Translations under genes and position numbers: made by a program
Notes under the pieces: generated by a model
The model's input: only the letters and a program-made list of their open reading frames with translations
Databases searched by the model: none
What the model was told of the DNA's origin: nothing
Part shown: positions 16,399 through 23,175 of the stretch, piece after piece
Layout of the letters: the number at the start of each line of letters is the position of its first letter
Position numbering within the stretch: position 1 is the stretch's first letter
Assembly: GCA_050298595.1 (NCBI GenBank)
Contig: JBNKUM010000018.1
Location: 1-23,175, forward strand
Length of the DNA stretch: 23,175 nucleotides
Reading direction: 5' to 3'
From: Gammaproteobacteria bacterium
GTDB taxonomy: Bacteria > Pseudomonadota > Gammaproteobacteria > GCA-001735895

Positions 16399-19300
16399 TT
16401 AGCCCTGGGGTTTATTACCCCTATTTCTCCCCATCGTAATTTTGTTGCGAGTCATCCATACTTGATTTCCAATCGATAAAGTCAACAGCATCATCATACT
16501 GAGTAACAACTGGATGTCTATGGCTCCGCCTCCACCGCCGCTGCCTGAGCTGCCTGATGTCGCAGGTGTAGTTGGTGTGGGTGTAGTTGGTGCTTTAGCC
16601 ACCGCTACACCACCAGGATCTGTGATGACACCATTTCTGAGTAGATCACTATCATTTGGACCTCCATCTTCAATCAGCATCTGTATGCAGTATTCGCCAG
16701 GTTCTAAGCCGGGTAGATAATCACTGGACCCAGGTGATGGACAGACCCCATCGGCTCCTGGAGCTGATGACAGTTCATTCGCTGCATCTTCTACAAAGTT
16801 CGACCAGCCTGTATCAGGGCTGTATTTCCGATAAGCCGCCTGATCAGGAATGGGCGATAACAATGGGATGACCAGCTTGACTGATTGCCCGTGTGTTGTT
16901 AGCCCGTTGATGGTGAAATCCAGATATCCATCATCTGCGGTGAAGTCACTATCATTAGGATCTAATGCATCAGTAACTCGTCCTAAATTAGCAAACTGTG
17001 CCAATTCAGCCGGTGTTAAATTAGCAGCGTATTTTTCACTGAGCTGAGCAATTTTTCCCAGACGTAAGCTCAGGCCTGATTGTGTAGCGAGAACCGACTT
17101 GTTTGATTGACCCACCTGCATTTGCAGTAGCTCAGGTTGCCCATCAATAGCATCGAGATAGTTTGGTACTCCATCGTTATCGTCGTCATAGTCTCCTTCC
17201 AGAGCATCTTCTATACCATCATGATCGGAGTCTGTTCCTGCGGGTGGATTAAAATCCTGCGTTTTAATGCGTAGGTAGATTTCATTCTCAGCTTTAAGAG
17301 CACCGCTATCGACGACTTTGATACCTATTCTGTAGTTGCCATCAAGCAGGTTACTGGGATCAATCTCAAACGTGTTAACTGAACCTGTAGCAGGAACTGA
17401 AAGATTATTGTCTGTTGTTGACCAATCCAGACTATGTGTATCGCCCTGATTAGTATCATGGATATTAGCCGTAACTGTAACCGGCCCATCATTGGTATGC
17501 AGGTTTTTGGTCGGCTTACCATTCTGTGTCACTTCGATATCAACTATAGGTGCAACATTAGTGTCAATCAGTGTAATCGTATGAGTATCATCAAATCCAA
17601 CGACAGCATTCTGTACACTGACCAGGCTGAATGTAATGGTATCTGTAGTAACTAGATTTGGTGGTAGTTGATAATCAATAACACCAGATTTGGCACCTGA
17701 TATCGTTACCACATCACTGCCCGCGATGATTCCATTAATACTCCAGTTATAGTCAATAGTGACAGGGTACTCTGGAGCTAATCCATTCATAGTCAATGCG
17801 ATCTGAACCGAAGCCTGCCCGATTTCAGCCTGTTGATCAAGCTGGAAATTCACCATTGGTAGCACATCCACCGTCTGAGTAGCTGTAACCGTGTTATTAC
17901 CACTGTCAGTAACACTCCAGGTGATTACATGACGGCCTGTGGTAAAGGGGCCGGTGTTATCGGCAGTTGGTTGTAGAGCGCCATCTTCAGGGTCAGTGGC
18001 TGTCGCAACACCCAGATTGACAGGAGTCAAATAACCCGTTGAATCCACACTGATATCTGCAGGTACTGTGATAGTTGGTGCAACGTCTACAGGTTCCTGA
18101 GCAGTTATGACGACGGTATCTGCAGTACTCTTTACGTTACCATCATCAACAATCAGTTGTGAAGTATAAACACCCGCTACATCAGCAGTGAACTGAGAGG
18201 TTACCGAAGTCGCCTGAGTTAATGCTGCTGCACTGCCAGTGGGTACAGTCAGCGCCCATTGGTAAGTCATATTATCTCCGTTAGCATCACTGGATAGAGC
18301 TCCATCCAGAATGACAGAGTCACCAACAACTACTGTCCTGTCAGTACCTGCATTGGCTACAGGTGCGTTGTTAACCACTGTGATGGTTACTCTGCTGGCA
18401 AGACTTCTTGAATTGTTACTATCGGTTACGATCAGTTGAGCTTCATAGACACCAGACTTGTCCGGGTTAAAAGATGCAATTTGCATAGTTGCCTGAACTA
18501 CATCTATCTCACTCACACTGCCCTGCGGTTTAGAGACCAGAGTCCACTGGTAGGTAATTACGTCCCCATCAGGATCACTGGAAGCACTGCCATTAAGTGT
18601 CGCAGGGCTTCCGGCAGATACTGTTTGTGGGCTACCTGCATTCGCTATAGGAGCATGATTGACAGTGGCATCTATCACTGTGACGTTAAAGCTACCGACA
18701 GTCGTGTTATTTGCTCCATCAGTTGCACTACAGTTCACGATTGTTGCGCCTAATACGAAATTGCTACCACTGACTGGTGAACAATTAGGCACGATAGGTC
18801 CATCAACAGCATCAGTTGCGGAAGCGGTAAAGCTAACGATAGCACCTGTTGATGCAGTGCTTTTAACACTGATATCCGCAGGTAGTGTTAAAGCTGGCCC
18901 AGTGGTATCGACCACTGTTACGCTGAAGCTGCCTGATGTGGTCTGATTAGAGCTGTCGGTTGCACTACAGTTTACAATGGTATCTCCCAGTGCAAAAGTA
19001 GTCCCAGACAAAGGTGTGCAAGAAGCTGTTAAGGCACCATCCACTACATCACTGGCGGTTACAGTGTAACTCACTAATACACCACTTGCTGATGTTGCTT
19101 CTGCTGTGATATTGGCTGGCAAGCTTAATGTTGGTGAACCGATGTCGGTAATGGTAACGATTTGAGTTGCGCTTCCAGTATTATTCGCGTTATCTGTAGC
19201 TGACCAGTTTATGGTATGAACACCGACGACAAAGGGGCCAGTGTTATCAGCCGTTGCTGGTAATACGCCGCTTACAATATCAGTTGCAGTTGCAGTGCCC

Positions 19301-22300
19301 AGCGCTACCACGGTAGTCGTACCAGAAGCTTCCATTGAAATATTGGCCGGTGCGGTAACCGTGGGTGCCTGAGTATCTACAATAGTGACGTTGAAGCTAC
19401 CTGTTGTGGTTAGTTTCGCAGCATCTGTGACACTACAGCTCACAGCGGTGATACCTAAGGCAAAGGTACTGCCCGATACCGGTAAACAGCTGGCAGTCAT
19501 AGCGCCATCAACGATATCGTTTGCTGAAACGCTATAGTTGACTACAGCGCCTGCTGCTGAGGTAGCTTCCTGAGTGATACCTGTAGGCATAGATAACACC
19601 GGTGCTGTTGAGTCCGTAATAGTTACTGTTTGTATCGCTGTACCAGTGTTATTGGCAGCGTCTGTTGCACTCCAGGTTATGGTATGCACACCTACGGTAA
19701 ATGGGCCGCTGTTACTGGCAACTGGAGTCAGGGTGCCGCTCACCAGGTCACTGGCTGTAGCAATACCCAGAGTAACTGGCGTAGTGGCTCCAGTAGCTTC
19801 CACATTGACATTGGCTGGAGCTGTAACATCCGGTGTAGTGGTATCCACTACTGAAACGATAAAACTGCCATTCGATGTGTTTCCTTGCAGATCCTGTGCA
19901 CTACAGTTAACGACATGATCTCCCAGGGCAAATGTACTGCCCGAAGCTGGTAAGCAGCTCGCTGCTAGTGGACCATCAATGACATCACTTGCTGTAGCTG
20001 AGTAGGTCACTATGGCACCGGTAGATGCGGTGGCTTCGGTCGAAATATTAGCCGGTAAGCTTAACGTGGGTGCCCCGGTATCGGTAATGGTGACGTTAAA
20101 GCTTCCTGTCGTTGAATTATTAGAGCTATCACTTGCACTACAGTTGACCGCAGTTGTGCCCAGCGTAAAGGTACTACCTGATACAGGAGCACAACTGGCC
20201 GCGACGATACCCTCAGCTATATCGTTTGCTGTAACAGTATAGTTAACCACTGCGCCGGTTGTTGAAGTTGCCCCCTGACTGATATTTGCAGGTAAGTTTA
20301 AGGTTGGCGCTGCTGTATCTGTGATAGTAACGATCTGAGTAGCAGTACCCGTATTATTAGCTAAATCAGTAGCACTCCAGGTAATAGTATGAACACCTAC
20401 GGCAAAGGGGCCTGTATTATTAGCTGATGGAGTTAAAGTGCCACTCACGACATCACTGGCACTTGCACTACCAAGGGTCACAGCGGTGGTTGCCCCCGTA
20501 GCTTCCATGGTGATATTCAAAGGTGCTGTCACAACTGGTGCTGTGGTATCGACAACATTGACAGTAAAACTACCTGAAGCTGAATTACCTGCTGTGTCAT
20601 TCACACTGCAATTTACTGTAGTTAATACCAGACCAAAGTTCACGCCACTGGCCGGTGTACAGACTCCAGTAATTGAGCCATCAACCGTATCTGTTCCCGT
20701 TACTGAGTAACTTACAATGGCGCCAGTGGGACCCGTGGCCTCTACTGTCATATTCGCGGGTAAACTTATTGAAGGTGCTGAAGTGTCAATTATTGTGACA
20801 GTTTGAGTGGCACTGCCAATATTCCCGGCACTATCTATGGCGCTCCAGATGATGGTATGCACTCCAACAGAAAAAGGACCCGTATTATTCGGTAAAGGAG
20901 TTAGTGTCCCACTCACTAGATCACTCGCGGCAGCTACATTACCACTATCCAGAGTCACAGCGGTAGTTACAGCTGTTGCCTCACGGACAATTGCAGGGGG
21001 TGCAGTTACAACAGGCGCGGTAGTATCACTTACCAAAACAGTGAAACTACCTGTGGTAGTCAGGTTGCTGCTATTGGTGACACTACAATTTACCGTAGTT
21101 GTCCCAAGAGCAAAGTTACTGCCACTGGCTGGAGAACATCCCGATGGAAGGTCGCCATCAGTAACGTCGGTGGCACTTGATGTATAGTTTACAGTAGCAC
21201 CCGAAGCAGAAGTCGCCTCTGCTGTGATGTTGCCCGGTAAGTTTAACGTCGGCGGAGGTTGTGTAACCGTTAACTGGAAGTTCAATACAGTGCTTAATCC
21301 TGGATATCCATTGTCTGTAATAGTGATAGTTACTGGGTAAGTTCCAGTCGCATCTACAGGTGAAAACCATCGTATTCTGATACTGCCATCATTTTCAAAT
21401 AAACGTGGGTTCGTAGTACTCGCGATGGGTATTCCAGTGAAGGTAGTACTTATAGCGTCGCCATCAGGGTCACTAACTGGAATAGTAATATCGAATACAC
21501 CTCCAGCCTCTATGGTTTGATCAGTAACAGCGGCTATCACCGGTGCCTGATTCGCATCAGCCGCATTGCGAGAGACCAGATAAAAATCATCTCCAAAAAT
21601 GAATAGCGGTTGTCCAGTTTTACCGTCGATGTCACGGAACTGGAAACTGTTAAAACCCGCAGTATTGATAACACCGTAGAACTGGTGAGCTGGTGTCACC
21701 AGCTTGCCGATATTGTTGGGTACCCCGCCGTCAGTAATAATTTCGATATTGGCAGCACTATTGCTACCCTTAATATAACCGCCTGCAGCATATAGCAAAG
21801 TCGTGCTCGTACCACTGACCCCATCGTAGGGCAAACATTCTGGAGGAACGACACCATTATTCGCTGTTTCAAGAGCCTGGCATTCTCCTGTTGAGGTATT
21901 AGTTGCATAGCCGTGATCTGGATCAAAAATCCCATAGGTACCTGTATAAGCGCTGCCTGTTGAAGTAGAAATAAAGTTGGTGGCAGGATGGTTTGAGGAC
22001 CAGTCAATTCCCTTGCTAGTGATAGTTGTTGCCTGATTATATATCCAGTTAAAATTTGCATCCTGGTAAGACCTGTAATTGTTCCATGCTGCCCCTTCAA
22101 AGCCTTCGTGCTTAACATAGTAAGGATTTTGTGGATCTTCAGTTGCAGCCAGTGCATCGAAAAAAGAGCCTTCAGTCCAACATATAGTTTCTGTGCCTGT
22201 GGTTGAACAGGCTTTGAGAAAGACCGTAGTTTCGGCAAATTCATAAGTGCCTAATCCAACATCCACTTCGAGCTTATAGGTGAAACTATCAACACCACTG

Positions 22301-22620
22301 AATGTAGTGGGAGAAACTGTAAAATTGAAAGAGCCATCAGCACAGATGGTATTAACCTCAGTGCCACACTTCAAAGTACCTTCTGTTGGAGGTGTTACAA
22401 CCGTAATGGTATGATTCTTTGCAATATCAAGTACAAATTGAGGGGTATTATCAACGTCATTCATGGTGTCATTGGCAAGGACACCATCAGGTTCTACTGC
22501 CAGAATACCGTCAGCAGGTATACTGTATGTGTCAGCATTAATACCAATAGCTGCCTGTGCAGCAAATGGTGTCAAGGCGAGGAATAAATTCACCCATAAT
22601 AGTCTTACATGAATCTTCAT
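16399..22620 (-). CDS. Large surface protein/adhesin: signal peptide, Ig/cadherin-like domains, 12 HYR-like repeats, 2 PKD-like domains, Ca-binding Asp motifs, GlyGly-CTERM-like tail
   Basis: AQA signal cleavage motif, GVLANDT, repeated D-T-x-P...EAT units, two APxANAG domains, DSDHDGIED/DDDNDGVPNYLD, DGGPNDSD...ITDPGG, then GGGGGAI plus a hydrophobic helix and basic tail. Confidence 0.9.
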   Translation of the reverse strand: MKIHVRLLWVNLFLALTPFAAQAAIGINADTYSIPADGILAVEPDGVLANDTMNDVDNTPQFVLDIAKNHTITVVTPPTEGTLKCGTEVNTICADGSFNFTVSPTTFSGVDSFTYKLEVDVGLGTYEFAETTVFLKACSTTGTETICWTEGSFFDALAATEDPQNPYYVKHEGFEGAAWNNYRSYQDANFNWIYNQATTITSKGIDWSSNHPATNFISTSTGSAYTGTYGIFDPDHGYATNTSTGECQALETANNGVVPPECLPYDGVSGTSTTLLYAAGGYIKGSNSAANIEIITDGGVPNNIGKLVTPAHQFYGVINTAGFNSFQFRDIDGKTGQPLFIFGDDFYLVSRNAADANQAPVIAAVTDQTIEAGGVFDITIPVSDPDGDAISTTFTGIPIASTTNPRLFENDGSIRIRWFSPVDATGTYPVTITITDNGYPGLSTVLNFQLTVTQPPPTLNLPGNITAEATSASGATVNYTSSATDVTDGDLPSGCSPASGSNFALGTTTVNCSVTNSSNLTTTGSFTVLVSDTTAPVVTAPPAIVREATAVTTAVTLDSGNVAAASDLVSGTLTPLPNNTGPFSVGVHTIIWSAIDSAGNIGSATQTVTIIDTSAPSISLPANMTVEATGPTGAIVSYSVTGTDTVDGSITGVCTPASGVNFGLVLTTVNCSVNDTAGNSASGSFTVNVVDTTAPVVTAPLNITMEATGATTAVTLGSASASDVVSGTLTPSANNTGPFAVGVHTITWSATDLANNTGTATQIVTITDTAAPTLNLPANISQGATSTTGAVVNYTVTANDIAEGIVAASCAPVSGSTFTLGTTAVNCSASDSSNNSTTGSFNVTITDTGAPTLSLPANISTEATASTGAIVTYSATASDVIDGPLAASCLPASGSTFALGDHVVNCSAQDLQGNTSNGSFIVSVVDTTTPDVTAPANVNVEATGATTPVTLGIATASDLVSGTLTPVASNSGPFTVGVHTITWSATDAANNTGTAIQTVTITDSTAPVLSMPTGITQEATSAAGAVVNYSVSANDIVDGAMTASCLPVSGSTFALGITAVSCSVTDAAKLTTTGSFNVTIVDTQAPTVTAPANISMEASGTTTVVALGTATATDIVSGVLPATADNTGPFVVGVHTINWSATDNANNTGSATQIVTITDIGSPTLSLPANITAEATSASGVLVSYTVTASDVVDGALTASCTPLSGTTFALGDTIVNCSATDSSNQTTSGSFSVTVVDTTGPALTLPADISVKSTASTGAIVSFTASATDAVDGPIVPNCSPVSGSNFVLGATIVNCSATDGANNTTVGSFNVTVIDATVNHAPIANAGSPQTVSAGSPATLNGSASSDPDGDVITYQWTLVSKPQGSVSEIDVVQATMQIASFNPDKSGVYEAQLIVTDSNNSRSLASRVTITVVNNAPVANAGTDRTVVVGDSVILDGALSSDANGDNMTYQWALTVPTGSAAALTQATSVTSQFTADVAGVYTSQLIVDDGNVKSTADTVVITAQEPVDVAPTITVPADISVDSTGYLTPVNLGVATATDPEDGALQPTADNTGPFTTGRHVITWSVTDSGNNTVTATQTVDVLPMVNFQLDQQAEIGQASVQIALTMNGLAPEYPVTIDYNWSINGIIAGSDVVTISGAKSGVIDYQLPPNLVTTDTITFSLVSVQNAVVGFDDTHTITLIDTNVAPIVDIEVTQNGKPTKNLHTNDGPVTVTANIHDTNQGDTHSLDWSTTDNNLSVPATGSVNTFEIDPSNLLDGNYRIGIKVVDSGALKAENEIYLRIKTQDFNPPAGTDSDHDGIEDALEGDYDDDNDGVPNYLDAIDGQPELLQMQVGQSNKSVLATQSGLSLRLGKIAQLSEKYAANLTPAELAQFANLGRVTDALDPNDSDFTADDGYLDFTINGLTTHGQSVKLVIPLLSPIPDQAAYRKYSPDTGWSNFVEDAANELSSAPGADGVCPSPGSSDYLPGLEPGEYCIQMLIEDGGPNDSDLLRNGVITDPGGVAVAKAPTTPTPTTPATSGSSGSGGGGGAIDIQLLLSMMMLLTLSIGNQVWMTRNKITMGRNRGNKPQG

Positions 22621-23028
22621 TTATCCCCCCCTGGAACATAAAGATCAAACTTCTTATGGCTGCATTGTTGTAGACGCAGCTCACAATTATGTTTATTTTA
22701 TCGACTATACGCCCATTAATTGACTTATGTTATAGGGATGCCACTACTCTAAAGTGAGATATTTTCTTATTGCGAGGTAGATTTTTTCTACCTTTTGGAA
22801 TTTTATTGCCGTAGTTTGGCGGGCATCCACGCCACAAAAAACAATACAACAAACTCCCTGACAGAAAAGATGAAAATCAGCTCTTTGGTAGAGAAGTTAA
22901 AATGGGTAGCCGACAGAATGTCCGTTATCCGCTCTGCAGAGAAAGCACTATGGTATTAACAGATATCCTCATGTCGGGCCTGTTAACACGTGTTAATTAG
23001 CTCTGTTGAGGTTTAAAAACCGCCAATC

Positions 23029-23175
23029 TAGTGTACTGTCCTAAACTGTATGTAGATTATAGAAGCCCCCAAATTTCCCAAGACAAGGCGCAGTTCGCAG
23101 GCAATGGCGCCTCCCTTGTCAAGAACTGCAACGCCGGATTGGGGGATTTGGGGGCTTCCCTTCGGGCGAGACGGG
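23029..23175. repeat. Palindromic intergenic repeat/MITE-like element, cut by the window end
   Basis: GAAGCCCCCAAAT (23062-23074) pairs with ATTTGGGGGCTTC (23146-23158), enclosing nested GCAGTTC/GAACTGC stems. Left boundary is approximate. Confidence 0.6.

Noticed and set aside
16514-22244. Many short ORFs inside the large surface-protein gene
   Set aside because: Antisense or alternate-frame shadows of repetitive Thr/Ala/Val codons
22621-23028. c-di-GMP riboswitch or sigma54 promoter upstream of the adhesin
   Set aside because: No riboswitch consensus seen on the minus strand, and TGGCAT at ~22738-22743 lacks the -12 TTGC

Overview
Accessory region, probably from a gammaproteobacterium (inferred from gene style; no marker gene is present). 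Bases 1-5216 are the distal end of an integron cassette array with six attC sites and no integrase in the window. The array holds two apparently ORF-less cassettes, a membrane protein, a nucleoside-deoxyribosyltransferase/TIR-like protein, a cytoplasmic trypsin-like protease and a two-gene cassette. The fifth attC is split by a 703-nt group IIC intron on the minus strand (3330-4032). It has intact ribozyme ends and core motifs but no reverse-transcriptase ORF, and is the most striking item here. After the array come a thermonuclease, a broken HNH gene and a tmRNA/tRNA-like 3' fragment with IHF and arm-like sites, probably a genomic-island att junction. The rest holds a GGDEF sensor, an IS4-like MITE carrying a REP-like hairpin, a frameshifted nitrogenase-protective FeSII gene, a 9-CxxCH cytochrome, higBA with two small insertions in higB, an AEP-primase/SF2-helicase fusion, a pseudogene fragment and a 2073-aa HYR/PKD surface protein with a GlyGly-CTERM-like tail. 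All calls are by eye; no searches or folding programs were run.
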